From: Terriglobia bacterium
GTDB taxonomy: Bacteria; Acidobacteriota; Terriglobia; Bryobacterales; UBA6623
Reading direction: 5' to 3'
Length of the DNA: 64,000 nt
Assembly (NCBI GenBank): GCA_009838515.1
Contig: VXRL01000040.1
Location: forward strand, 117,749 to 181,748
Below, piece by piece: positions 29,601 through 38,928 of this stretch. Position 1 is the first letter of the stretch. Every line of letters starts with the position of its first letter. Under the pieces are notes generated by a model that ran no database searches, was not told where the DNA came from, and was given only the letters and a program-made list of their open reading frames with translations. A program made the translations under genes and the position numbers.

Positions 29601-30504
29601 GGACATCGACGCGGACGGCGTCGGGATCGCAGCCGATGCCCTGACGCTCAACGGAGGTGCCATTCGGAGCTTGGCCGGGACGGACGCGAATCTCGATCTC
29701 GGCGCTCATGCTATCACCGCGGCGCGAGGCCACAACGTCGACGGCAGCTTGGTGCTCCCACCGTGGGTATCCGATGTGAGGATTGCGACCGAGCCGCAAA
29801 ACGGGACGGCATACGGTGCGGGCGAATGGATCCGGGCTTGGGTGCGTTTCGACAGAGAGATCGAAGTCTCCGGCACCCCGCAACTGGGAATGACCATCGG
29901 TGGCCAGACAAGGCGAGCCAACCACTATGCCACCGGCAGGACCACCTTGTGGTTTCGCTATGCCGTGCAGTCCGATGACTTGGACAGCGACGGCATCGGG
30001 GTTGCCGCCGACGCCCTAACACTGAATGGCGGCACGGTCCGAGGCCGCACCGGTGCCGACGCGGAACTTGACCTCGGAACGCGGGCCATTGCCAACGCGG
30101 AAGGGCATGCCGTGGATGGCAGCGCGCCAGCCACCCTGGTCGTCCGCAGACTGCGAATCCATACCGAACCGCGGGACGGGGAGGCATACGGGACAGGCGA
30201 AGAGATTGGCGTCAGGGTGGAATTCACCGGACCGATCGAGGCGTCGCGCGCCGTGCAACTGGAGTTGGACGTCGGCGGCCACGGGCGCCCCGCTGTTCTC
30301 GACGGAACGAGCACATCCACGTTGGGCTTCACGTACCAGATCCGATCGGGAGACCGGGATGCGGACGGTGTCGGCATCCCCGCGGACGCGCTGCAACTGA
30401 ACGGAGGGTCCGTTTGGAGCCCTGCCGGGGCCATAGTGGACGTCGGTCTCGGCGACCACGCTATCGGCAATGCGGCCGAGCACAAGGTGCGTGGCGGCGG
30501 GTAA
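26608..30504 (+). CDS. Secreted astacin-family (M12A) zinc metallopeptidase with a long multi-domain C-terminal extension
   Basis: 1,298-aa ORF. HEIGHVIGLRHEHQRKDRDRH matches HExxHxxGxxHE...RxDRD, and SVMHYS is the Met-turn. A hydrophobic signal-like segment is present (QLALTLGVAAFVPGLLTPSLLFGA). Downstream are F.GW/F.RW-type InlB-B-repeat-like modules, a PPC-like module and three tandem repeats. The true start is uncertain; an internal GTG is possible. Confidence 0.85.
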   Translation: MTAIEKGRNVLPSYLHAEGQFPLSSPSHPTGAGCCRTRLPAQSPSVPRRFESQQTSDSARLRRWAAHRFRQLALTLGVAAFVPGLLTPSLLFGADRAVESEQPPNGSMGVAIYGDEALHYEVIDGLAIHDGDMVLGRVKEVVEATRRWRSGKPSPGHLPERRNLSAVGGDYLWPDGIIPYEIEPGFTARALQDIEEAVHEWNSRTVLTFVARTTESSFVQFRPSSSTPSRPACSAVVGYRATGARAVSLRDPQGCGIRATVHEIGHVIGLRHEHQRKDRDRHIQVSDVLRTGPSRYSYVSIRPVGGPYDYASVMHYSSGIDSIPPGMPIRSSTWLSAGDIDGVARLYGMPPTSTTISTNPPGLEIIVDGYRVVTPATFDWAADSEHVLQAPSPQSFGTERYVFGRWNDGGSSERTITADPDVTWYEASFVVQKQFLACATPAGAGHVTVSPGSSGGFHTLGSPIKFEAVSEPDSGLQFADWHWNNSTTRHGQSKNPASVESVSRLSGWTSYEARFKAGPFFVIETDVDKARIEVDGRSRNLPFAVHAAEHQEGISVDAPETIPVSAGFRYRFKGWSDGAERAHTVDVPATGGSLRLDLVREYVITGRPIGRRDGDAALQITPESEDGYYEQGTEVTMTAVPTADRHFAGWVGAVSGSELVQTVEADAPKAVWPVFTESQPVAPGESIDVTLAATDKFELHNRSDGYNVLVPSDANSLTVTFQSTTPGAEVDLYISLGREVVERQDDGETEAIIADFESKTAGSSESVTINRSSVPPLMNEIYSIGLAVHPTQTPIQGTLSVEIQRSGITGASPTALTFISTNTSDPAPQTIRLSHAVTGSVRYRIDSSLASVTASPREWTQTDSGMTDIAVTVNSAGQELGSHQGTLTVVRVSEDETLPTGIEIPVLVGIIDGSFGTTSAPTISRVRLASRPSRGNTYVEAEQIGVEVHFGEPVEVTGTPRMALAVGEEIRQVDGAGSGTNQCGGHERVLFRYDVQAEDIDADGVGIAADALTLNGGAIRSLAGTDANLDLGAHAITAARGHNVDGSLVLPPWVSDVRIATEPQNGTAYGAGEWIRAWVRFDREIEVSGTPQLGMTIGGQTRRANHYATGRTTLWFRYAVQSDDLDSDGIGVAADALTLNGGTVRGRTGADAELDLGTRAIANAEGHAVDGSAPATLVVRRLRIHTEPRDGEAYGTGEEIGVRVEFTGPIEASRAVQLELDVGGHGRPAVLDGTSTSTLGFTYQIRSGDRDADGVGIPADALQLNGGSVWSPAGAIVDVGLGDHAIGNAAEHKVRGGG
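29365..30501 (+). repeat. Three tandem ~125-aa (~375-nt) coding repeats at the astacin C-terminus
   Basis: Units start at 29365, 29758 and 30127. The shared pattern is V.R.RI.[ST].P..G..Y..GE.I.V.V.F...[IV]E[VA][ST]G.P.L...[VI]GG.......L.F.Y.[VI]...D.D.DG[VI]G[IV].ADAL.LNGG.[VI]......A.[LV]DLG..AI..A.GH.VDGS. Confidence 0.85.
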
Positions 30505-31358
30505 CGTTGGGGGACACCGGGAGGGGCTGATCCCGGCAGAGACATGGCCCGCGACGGGCTGGCACCGCCCCGATCCGTCACCTAGATTCCGCAGTTGAGT
30601 CCCGCCCACGGCCCTCAGGCTGGCCTGAATTGGTCGCTTGACCGCGACATCCCCGCCTAGCCTGCTCTGGCTCAGGCCGGCAACAGCTCAGGCGGCGGAT
30701 CCAGCACCTGTCCTTGGACATATCTCCGCGGCACATACCCCCGAATCCGGGAAGGGAGCTCGACCGGCATCGCCTGAGGCGCAGTTTGCAAGCGGTCCCT
30801 CAACAAGCACGAGATCTGTGAGTTTCAAGCACCTCAGACTCTAGGACTCGTGAGAGGCCGGGCTAAGGCCGGACATGTCGCTGACCGTGTGGATTCCGCA
30901 GAGGATTGATCGATACGTGAAGAGACGAGGACAGGCAGCAGCGTAGCTGTTCAAGTGTCAGCAGCGTTCCGTGCTCCGTTCGCTGCGCCAATCGCACGCT
31001 TGGGCGGCAGAGTGTGCTGATCAAGGCAGATCTATCGTTGGCCTAGCAAGTACAGGCGTTATTGCCGGGCCGGACTTCGACCTCGATGTATCCCACCCGG
31101 CGGTTCCAATCTGGCAGCACTCGCCCTTGCTCCATGAGCACAGCGAGCGGTCGTCTCAGGACAGGAGCGCTGGCGTGGTACATTCAATCCGCATCAGATC
31201 GACTGGGGGTATGGGACGAGCGGCCTTACCATACCCATCCGGGCGACGATCCGGAGCCGTGCTATAGAAGTCGTATCCGACTGCGAGTGCTGCCTGCCTT
31301 CCCGGCAAGCGTCACAGCCGCTGCGATAGCGCAGAGGCGCGGCTCCCGCTAGCCACCA

Positions 31359-34300
31359 ATGATTCGGTTTGCAGTGAACAACCCCTACGCGGTAGGTGTG
31401 GCGGCCCTCGCCACCGTCGTGCTCGGGATCACCTCGTACCAGCGCCTCCCGGCCGACCTGCTGCCGATCTTCAAGACCCCGGCGGTCCAAGTGGTGACGT
31501 TCTACCCCGGAATGCCGCCCGAGGTGATGGAACGCGACATCATGAGCCGGCTCGAACGCTGGACCGGCCAGTCGGTTGGCATCGAGCACCAAGAGGCCAA
31601 GGCCATGTTGGGGGTCTGCGTGGTTAAGGACTTCTTCCGCGAAGGGATCAGCCTCGAGACGGCCATGAGTCAGGTGACCTCCTACGCCGTCAGCGACATG
31701 TTCTACCTGCCGCCGGGCACGATCCCGCCGATGGTCATGCCATTCGACCCGACGGCCTCGGTTCCGCTCTGCTTGGTGAGCGTGTCCAGTCCGAGCATGG
31801 ACGAGAAGCAGCTCTACGATATCGCCTATTTCGAACTGCGCAATCGCCTGCAGTCCATCCAGGGCGTGATCGCGCCGGCGGTCTATGGGGGCAAACTGCG
31901 GCGCATCCTCGCCTACGTCGACCGGATGCGCCTGGAAGCGCGCGGGCTGGCTCCGATGGATGTGGTCAACGCACTCAAGCGGCAGAGCGTGTTCATTCCC
32001 GCGGGCAACCTCAAGGCCGGCAATCTGGACTACCAAATCTTCGCCAATTCCATGCCGGCGGCGGTCGAGGACCTCAACGACATGCCGATCGAAGTGCGCG
32101 ACGGGGCACCCATACTCGTGGGCGATGTCGCCGAGGTGCGCGACTCGAGCCAGATCCAGAGCAACGTGGTCCGCCTCAACGGCAGACGGCAGGTCTACAT
32201 CCCCATCTATCGCCAGCCCGGTGCGAACACGATCGAGATCGTGAGCTCGATCCGCCAGAACTTGGAGCGCATCCAGCAGCGCCTCAAGGAGATGGATGCG
32301 TCAGCGCAGGATCTCTCGATCGAGGTTGTGCTCGACCAATCGGTGTACGTGCGCGGCGCGCTCAGGGCGTTGCAATGGGAAGGGCTTCTCGGAGCTGGCT
32401 TCGCCGCACTGATCGTGCTTCTGTTCCTCCGCCGACTGCGCTCGACGGTCTTGATCCTGCTGAGCCTGCCTCTGGCGATCCTAGCCGCCCTGACCGGCCT
32501 CTATTTCAGCGGGGCGACGCTCAACGCGATGACCATCGGCGGCCTGGCCTTGGTAATCGGCATCTTGATCGATCAGGCCATTGTGGTCGTCGAGTCCATC
32601 GTCCGCCATGTCGACGCAGGTCAGCCTCCTATGGAGGCGGCTCTGAAAGGCACCTCGGAGGTGGCAGTGCCGGTCTTGGTTTCGACCGTCACGTTCTGCA
32701 TCGTCTTCTTCCCCGTGGCCTTCCTGACTGGTATGGCCAGCTACCTGTTCAGCCCGGTCGCGCTTGCAGCGACCTTTGCGATGGGAGCCTCGTTCCTGTT
32801 CTCCATCACCTTGGTGCCAGCCTTCTGCGCGCGCATCCTGAAGGGCAACGCTGGGGAGGCCCGGAACACGGAGGGCTTAGCGCTGGCCAGCGCATACGAG
32901 GGACTCGTCGCAAAGCTGATACCGCGACGCTGGGCGGTGGTCTGCGGCGCTGCGCTTCTGCTGGTCGCATCGCTGTACTTGCTGCGCTCGACCGGCACGG
33001 AACTGTTCCCGGCCGTGGATGCCGGGCAATTCCAGATCACTGTCCGGCTGCCGTCCGGGACACGCATCGAAAACACGGAGTCGAAGCTGGCCGAGATCGA
33101 ACAAGTGATCATCGCCGAGATCGGCCAACCCGACCCGTCGGACGAGGAGCGCTTCCCTGAATCGAACCTGCGCATGCTGATCAGCAACATCGGCGTGCTG
33201 ATGGATTGGCCCGCGGCCTACACTCCGAACACCGGTCCGATGGACGCATTCATGCTGGTCCAGCTGAAGAACAAGCCGGGCCACCCAGGATCTTTCGAGT
33301 ACGTGGAACGGCTCCGCTCGAAGCTCAATCGCGAGTTCCCCAGCGTCGAGTTCTCGTTCGACACCGGCGGCCTGCTCACCGCGGCTTTGAACCAAGGCGA
33401 GCCTGCCCCCATCCACATCCAAGTGTCAGGCAGCAATCTGGAGACCTCGCATCGCATCGGGACGATCATTGCTGAGCGCGCCCGCGAGGTGGAAGGGATC
33501 ACCGATGTCCGGATCGCACAGAGGATGGACTACCCGATCCTCGACGTCGAGATCGACCGCGTCAAGGCCGCCATGGCCGGCGTCGACGTGGAAGACGTGA
33601 TGAAGAACCTGGTGACCGCCACTAATTCCAGCATCGGCTTCGACCCCGCGTTCTGGATCGACGAGAGAAACGGCAACCACTACTTCATCGGAGCGCAGTA
33701 TGGGGAGGAAGACCTCGTCTCCGTCGAGACCTTGCGCGACATTCCGATCAGCGGATCGCGAGCTGACAAACCGGTCTCGCTGCGCACCTTGGTCAATCTG
33801 AACCGCGACACAGGGCCGGCCGCCATCAGCCATCGCAACATCACGCGGGTGATCGACATCTACGCCACGGTCCTGCCCGGCCACGACATCGGCTCGGTCG
33901 TGGCGGAGGTCGAACGGCTGCTGGGCGATTCGAAGGATCTCCGACCTGTCCTGCGCGAATCCGACCGAGGGGCGTATTTCGAGGTCACCGGCCCAGAATT
34001 CGCCGACGCTGGCTACAGCTACAGCCTCACCGGAGAGGTCGCCACCATGCACGATGTGCTGGAGCAGTTCCTACAAGGCTTCTTGCTGGCCGTGGTGTTG
34101 GTGTACCTCGTGCTGGTCCTTCAATTCCGTTCGTTCCGGGATCCGTTCATCGTGATGCTGGCCGTTCCGCTCGGCCTCATCGGGGTGAGCTGGCTGCTAT
34201 TCCTAGGCGGCAATCCGCTGAGCATGATGTCCGCAATGGGCATCATCATGATGGTCGGGCTGGTGGTAGCCTACAGTATCCTCCTGGTCGATTTCGCGGA

Positions 34301-34571
34301 TCGTCGCTTGGCCGGCGGCGCGGCACTGCGGGACGCGATAGTCGAGGCGGCTCGCGTGCGGCTCCGCCCCATCCTGATGACCTCGCTAACGACGGTCTTG
34401 GCGCTAACGCCCATGGCCCTCGGAGGCGCAGGTGCGGAGGCCAACGTCCCACTGGCACGAGCGATCATCGGCGGCGTGCTGAGCGCAGCAGCGCTGACGC
34501 TTGTAGTAGTCCCGTGTCTGTACGTGATCCTCAAGCGGCCCGGCCCGACGCCTCAGGAGACGCTGGCATGA
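31359..34571 (+). CDS. RND efflux transporter permease (AcrB/HAE family)
   Basis: 1,070 aa. MIRFAVNNPYAVGVAALATVVLG is followed by 12-TM-type hydrophobic blocks and two large periplasmic loops. The ending is typical (RLRPILMTSLTTVLALTPMAL). ORF 31194..32036(-) is an antisense shadow. Confidence 0.95.
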   Translation: MIRFAVNNPYAVGVAALATVVLGITSYQRLPADLLPIFKTPAVQVVTFYPGMPPEVMERDIMSRLERWTGQSVGIEHQEAKAMLGVCVVKDFFREGISLETAMSQVTSYAVSDMFYLPPGTIPPMVMPFDPTASVPLCLVSVSSPSMDEKQLYDIAYFELRNRLQSIQGVIAPAVYGGKLRRILAYVDRMRLEARGLAPMDVVNALKRQSVFIPAGNLKAGNLDYQIFANSMPAAVEDLNDMPIEVRDGAPILVGDVAEVRDSSQIQSNVVRLNGRRQVYIPIYRQPGANTIEIVSSIRQNLERIQQRLKEMDASAQDLSIEVVLDQSVYVRGALRALQWEGLLGAGFAALIVLLFLRRLRSTVLILLSLPLAILAALTGLYFSGATLNAMTIGGLALVIGILIDQAIVVVESIVRHVDAGQPPMEAALKGTSEVAVPVLVSTVTFCIVFFPVAFLTGMASYLFSPVALAATFAMGASFLFSITLVPAFCARILKGNAGEARNTEGLALASAYEGLVAKLIPRRWAVVCGAALLLVASLYLLRSTGTELFPAVDAGQFQITVRLPSGTRIENTESKLAEIEQVIIAEIGQPDPSDEERFPESNLRMLISNIGVLMDWPAAYTPNTGPMDAFMLVQLKNKPGHPGSFEYVERLRSKLNREFPSVEFSFDTGGLLTAALNQGEPAPIHIQVSGSNLETSHRIGTIIAERAREVEGITDVRIAQRMDYPILDVEIDRVKAAMAGVDVEDVMKNLVTATNSSIGFDPAFWIDERNGNHYFIGAQYGEEDLVSVETLRDIPISGSRADKPVSLRTLVNLNRDTGPAAISHRNITRVIDIYATVLPGHDIGSVVAEVERLLGDSKDLRPVLRESDRGAYFEVTGPEFADAGYSYSLTGEVATMHDVLEQFLQGFLLAVVLVYLVLVLQFRSFRDPFIVMLAVPLGLIGVSWLLFLGGNPLSMMSAMGIIMMVGLVVAYSILLVDFADRRLAGGAALRDAIVEAARVRLRPILMTSLTTVLALTPMALGGAGAEANVPLARAIIGGVLSAAALTLVVVPCLYVILKRPGPTPQETLA

Positions 34572-35890
34572 GCACCCCTAGGGCCTTGCTCGCCCCACGA
34601 GCCACCGTTGCCGTCACGAGCGAGACCGGCGCAGCGGTGCAACGGCCGCGCGGAATCTCTCGGCCGCGGCCTCACAGGACGTGCTCTTACGCAGCCCTCG
34701 CCCTCGCTTTCACCGGGCTAGGCTGCTCCTCGGGCAGCCTTGGGCGGGCCGACGCAAGCGCAGACGAGCCCGCCACCACGCATGCCCTCGACGTGGAAGT
34801 CGTCTCACCGGCGCGCGGGGACATCGTGCGCACCATCTCGTTGCCTGCCAGCATCGAGGCCGACCAGCAAGCGGCCTTGTACAGCAAGGTCAGCGGTTAC
34901 TTGGAGAGAATTGCAGTCGACATCGGGGATCGCGTGCGCCAAGGCCAGCTTCTGGCCAAGATCGACGTGCCCGAAATCTCCGATCAACTGCGCGAGGGCG
35001 AGGCCGGACTGGCCGCCGCAGCAGCCGACCGCCGCATGGCGGACGCAGAATTGGCAAGCGCCGAGGCGCAATCCAAGCTTCGCGCGCTCACCTACGAGCG
35101 CCTGCAAGCTGTGAGAACTGCAGAGCCGGATGTGGTGTCCCAGCAAGATGTCGACGAGGCCAAGGCCCAATCGGACATGGCGGCGGCGAATGTCAGCGAA
35201 GTCGAGAGCCGGATCCTGCAGATCGACAGCAGAATTAAGCAACTAGAAGCCGCGAAGCAGCGCCTCCAGACACTGCTTGGATTCGCCGAGATCCGAGCGC
35301 CGTTCGACGGGATCGTGACGGATCGCTTCGTCGATCCGGGGGCGTTGCTGCAAGCGGCGATATCCAGCGATTCGGTTCAGAAGATCGCTACTGTCGCAAA
35401 GGTGGATAAGGTACGCGTCGCCATAGACGTGCCGGAGTCCGAGGCGCCGCACGTGCGGGCGAGCGGTGACGCGACGGTCGTGATCGATGCCATGCCGGGC
35501 AAGCAGTTCCATGGCTCGGTGAGCAGGTTCTCGCGCTCGCTCAATCCGGCCACCCGAACGATGCGGGCAGAGATCGACCTGCCCAACCCCGACGGTTTGC
35601 TCCTTCCGGGCATGTTCGGACGCGCCACGCTCACGCTCGCTATCCGGGCCGGTGCGGTCACGGTCCCCGCCGAGGCGCTGCACGCCGAGGGCGAGCGCTC
35701 GTTCGTCTACCAAGTCGTCGGAGGCCGGGCGCGCCGTGTCGATGTCGAGACTGCACCCGGGGACGGCATCGATATCGAGATCACAGGCGGACTCGATGGC
35801 GGCGAACGAGTCATCGTAGCCGCAAGGGAGCCGTTGTCGGACGGCACGGCCGTCCACGCCGTCGAGGTGAACCCGGAGTCCAGGCCGTGA
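34568..35890 (+). CDS. RND efflux periplasmic adaptor (HlyD/MFP family)
   Basis: ORF 34514..35890. The ATG at 34568 forms an ATGA overlap with the permease stop. It has a coiled-coil hairpin region (ADRRMADAELASAEAQSKL...) flanked by lipoyl/beta-barrel segments (LYSKVSGYLERIAVDIGDRVRQGQLLAKIDVPE; IRAPFDGIVTDR). Confidence 0.9.
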   Translation: MSTPRALLAPRATVAVTSETGAAVQRPRGISRPRPHRTCSYAALALAFTGLGCSSGSLGRADASADEPATTHALDVEVVSPARGDIVRTISLPASIEADQQAALYSKVSGYLERIAVDIGDRVRQGQLLAKIDVPEISDQLREGEAGLAAAAADRRMADAELASAEAQSKLRALTYERLQAVRTAEPDVVSQQDVDEAKAQSDMAAANVSEVESRILQIDSRIKQLEAAKQRLQTLLGFAEIRAPFDGIVTDRFVDPGALLQAAISSDSVQKIATVAKVDKVRVAIDVPESEAPHVRASGDATVVIDAMPGKQFHGSVSRFSRSLNPATRTMRAEIDLPNPDGLLLPGMFGRATLTLAIRAGAVTVPAEALHAEGERSFVYQVVGGRARRVDVETAPGDGIDIEITGGLDGGERVIVAAREPLSDGTAVHAVEVNPESRP

Positions 35891-37194
35891 CCGCCAAGAT
35901 TCGGTTATTGACTCTGATCGCTGCAGCGCACGCCGCCGCCTTTCCGGCCGCAGCCGAGACTAGCGGAGAAGTACGTAGCCTGACGCTCGAACAAGCGATC
36001 GAGACAGCGCTGGCAAACAACCCCAGCCTGAGGCAGTCCGCCATCGCGATCAGCGAGGCCGAGACGCGTGTCACGCAGGCTCGCGCGAGCATGCTGCCGC
36101 AAGTCGATGCCGGCGGGCTAGCGAACCAGGGCCTGACAGGGTCCGCCAACCTCTTCGACCTGCATGGCTTGGCATCCTCGCCCGAGCCCAGGAGTGGAGC
36201 GGTCTCCGTCAACGTGCTCCAAGACATCCTCGATTTCAAGCGCAGCAGGTTCGAGAGCAGAGCCCGGCGGGCCGAGGTGGAGTACTTCGAGCAAACGCTC
36301 CGCGCCGACCAAGCCAGGTTGGTGCTGGAGGTGCAACGGGCCTACTTCGACGGCCTGAAGGCGCGCAGGCAGCTCTCGCCGGCCAGCGAACTCGTCAAGC
36401 GGCGCGATCTGGAGCAAGCCCGCGCCAATGCGCTGCTCGAGGCAGAATTGGGCACCAAGGTAGAGGCCGACCAAGCTAGGCTCAACGCATCCGAGGCCCA
36501 GCTCGGGCTCACGACGGCGGCCGAAGCCGAGCGAAGGGCACTGGCAAGCCTTAGGACCGTCATGGGGGAGGAGGTCCCCAGCCGATTCCAGCTGCAAGAG
36601 CCTGCAATCTCGGAGGACGGCCTGGACGCGCTCGAGTCTCTGCTAGCCAGAGCACGCGAGAACCGCGCCGAACTGGCGGCGGTCGATGCCAGAATTGAGG
36701 CCGCGCAGGAGTGGGTGCGCCGCGCCGAGCGCGAGAAGTATCCTCGGCTGATGATCATGTTCAGTGGCGGCTGGACACGCTTTGCCGAACTGACCCTAGG
36801 CCGGCTGCTGTTCGGCGCATTCGGACTCCGACTGCCGCTCTTTACCGGCGGGCGGCTGGAAGCGGTCATCGAAGAGACCAAGCTGGCGGTGGACAAGACC
36901 GAGGCGATGCGCGACGAGCTGCAACAAGCGATACAGCTCGAGGTTGCCACCGCACACAGCCAAGCGGTCGCGACTCTAGAAGCGGTACAGGCGGCCCGTC
37001 TGGCCCTGGAGCAAGCTCAAGCGATGGCGACCCTGGCCGATCTCCGCCACCAGCAGGGCCTGTCTTCCCGACTCGACGTAGTCGTTGCAAGAACGAAACT
37101 CGCCGTGGCCGAGAATGGCTTCCACCAGGCTCGCTACGACCATGCGCGCGCCACGGCAGAGCTCGGCTTCGCCAGCGGCTCGGCATCTCTCTGA
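35887..37194 (+). CDS. TolC-family outer membrane efflux protein
   Basis: 435 aa with a signal peptide. LTLEQAIETALANNPSLRQS and duplicated coiled-coil halves are typical of OEP/TolC. GTGA overlap with the adaptor stop. Confidence 0.85.
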   Translation: MTAKIRLLTLIAAAHAAAFPAAAETSGEVRSLTLEQAIETALANNPSLRQSAIAISEAETRVTQARASMLPQVDAGGLANQGLTGSANLFDLHGLASSPEPRSGAVSVNVLQDILDFKRSRFESRARRAEVEYFEQTLRADQARLVLEVQRAYFDGLKARRQLSPASELVKRRDLEQARANALLEAELGTKVEADQARLNASEAQLGLTTAAEAERRALASLRTVMGEEVPSRFQLQEPAISEDGLDALESLLARARENRAELAAVDARIEAAQEWVRRAEREKYPRLMIMFSGGWTRFAELTLGRLLFGAFGLRLPLFTGGRLEAVIEETKLAVDKTEAMRDELQQAIQLEVATAHSQAVATLEAVQAARLALEQAQAMATLADLRHQQGLSSRLDVVVARTKLAVAENGFHQARYDHARATAELGFASGSASL

Positions 37195-37248
37195 GCGGCT
37201 GGCCGGGAGGGGGCCGCCGCCGAGCCAGCGCCGCTTCGTGATACCTTC

Positions 37249-38892
37249 ATGCCAATGACCCGCCTCCTGACCGCGCTCCTGCTCGTCTCGCTGCCCGCCG
37301 CCTTCGCCGCGGACCAGCCCAACATCATCGTCGTCCTGCTCGACGACCTCGGCTACTCGGACCTCGGCTGCTACGGCGGAGAGATTGACACGCCCAACAT
37401 CGACGCCTTGGCCGAGGGCGGCGTCCGTTTCGAGTCCTTCTACAACTCCGCGCGCTGCTGCCCGAGCCGGGCCTCGCTCATGACCGGCTTGTACCCACCA
37501 CAGACTGGCGTTGCCAGCTTCACGACGCGCGAGCCGCATCCGACCCGCGGCCCGGCCTATCTTGGGCGGCTCAACGATCGCTGCGTAACGCTCGGCGAGA
37601 CGCTTGGCGAAGCGGGCTACAGCTGCTACTACGTGGGCAAGTGGCACCTGCACAACGAGACCGGACCGACCCAGCGCGGGTTCGAGGAGTTCTTCGGCTA
37701 CGCCTTCGACCACTCGCACGACCAGTGGGATGCCGACTACTACGTGCGCCTGCCCGAAGGGCGCAAGAAGGAGATTGATCGGCCTCAAGGGGAGTTCTAC
37801 GCGACCGACGTGTTCAGCGACTACGCGCTCGAGTTCATCAAGCAAGGCCAGCGGCGCGACCAGCCGTGGTTCGTCTTTCTTGGCCACTCCTCTCCGCACT
37901 TCCCTGTCCAGGCGCCCCCGGAGAGCGCGGACAAGTACGTCGACACGTACCTGCGGGGCTGGGATGTACTGCGGGACGAGCGCTACTCTCGCATGCAGCG
38001 AATCGGACTCGTGGATGGCAAGCGTTGGACGTTTACGGACAGGTCGCTGGTGCCGGTAGACCGCGAAGATATCGCGAACGGGTTTCCGGGCCAGCCGAAT
38101 CCGGCGTGGGCTTCCATCGAAGAGCCGCGAAGGAAGGACCTAGCGCGGCGCATGGCGCTGTTTGCGGCGATGGTCGAACACGTGGACAGAGGCATTGGCC
38201 GGATTGTCGACCACCTGCGCGAGAGCGGTGATCTTGACGATACGCTGATCATGCTGCTGAGCGACAACGGCGCTTGCTACGAATGGGGGCCCTACGGCTT
38301 CGACGAACGTAGCCGCCAGGGAGTGACGATCCTGCACACCGGCGACGCCCTGCGCAACATGGGAGGGCCGGGCTCCTATCATTCCTACGGAAGCGGCTGG
38401 GCCAATCTGGGCAATACCCCCTTCCGGCTGTACAAGCACTTCACGCACGAGGGCGGCACGGCCACTCCGTTCATCGCGCACTGGCCCGCGGGAATCCGCA
38501 AGGCCGGAACTTGGGTGCGCGAGCGCGGCCACATCATTGACGTGATGCCGACGCTGCGCGCTGCTGCCGGCGCGGACTACCCGCTGAACTTCGCGGGACG
38601 CAACGTCCAGCCCGAGGAAGGCGTGAACCTGCTGCCGGTCTTCAACGGCGAGAGCCTTTCCGACCGCCCCCTCTACTTCGAACACCAGGCCGCGCGCGCC
38701 TTGATCCAGGGAGATTGGAAGGCCGTCTGGGGCAAGCGCATGCCCGAAGAGATCGATTGGGAGCTCTACAACCTCAAAAACGACCGCAGCGAGACGACCA
38801 ATCTGGCCGCTCGCTTTCCGGACCGCGTCAAGAGCATGGCAGCGGAGTGGGAACGCTACGCCGAGCGCACCGGTGTAGCCTGGGAGGACTAG
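37249..38892 (+). CDS. Arylsulfatase
   Basis: 547 aa with a signal peptide. Motifs are PNIIVVLLDDLGYSDLGCYGG and the FGly motif CCPSRASLMTG. ORF 36976..37899(-) is an antisense shadow. Confidence 0.9.
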   Translation: MPMTRLLTALLLVSLPAAFAADQPNIIVVLLDDLGYSDLGCYGGEIDTPNIDALAEGGVRFESFYNSARCCPSRASLMTGLYPPQTGVASFTTREPHPTRGPAYLGRLNDRCVTLGETLGEAGYSCYYVGKWHLHNETGPTQRGFEEFFGYAFDHSHDQWDADYYVRLPEGRKKEIDRPQGEFYATDVFSDYALEFIKQGQRRDQPWFVFLGHSSPHFPVQAPPESADKYVDTYLRGWDVLRDERYSRMQRIGLVDGKRWTFTDRSLVPVDREDIANGFPGQPNPAWASIEEPRRKDLARRMALFAAMVEHVDRGIGRIVDHLRESGDLDDTLIMLLSDNGACYEWGPYGFDERSRQGVTILHTGDALRNMGGPGSYHSYGSGWANLGNTPFRLYKHFTHEGGTATPFIAHWPAGIRKAGTWVRERGHIIDVMPTLRAAAGADYPLNFAGRNVQPEEGVNLLPVFNGESLSDRPLYFEHQAARALIQGDWKAVWGKRMPEEIDWELYNLKNDRSETTNLAARFPDRVKSMAAEWERYAERTGVAWED

Positions 38893-38928
38893 CCGGACCG
38901 TATCTGACGCCGGGGATGACGCCCGCCG

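Noticed and set aside
30505-31358. 850-bp gap upstream of the RND operon, checked for a regulator, ncRNA or repeats
   Set aside because: It holds only short low-quality ORFs and a weak 6-bp hairpin (30517..30536). I could not defend anything as a feature without a BLASTX or covariance search.
31194-32036. 280-aa minus-strand ORF overlapping the RND permease start
   Set aside because: It is antisense to an unambiguous AcrB-family gene and has no recognisable domain.
36976-37899. 307-aa minus-strand ORF spanning the TolC end and sulfatase start
   Set aside because: It is an antisense shadow. It crosses an intergenic gap and two well-supported plus-strand genes.
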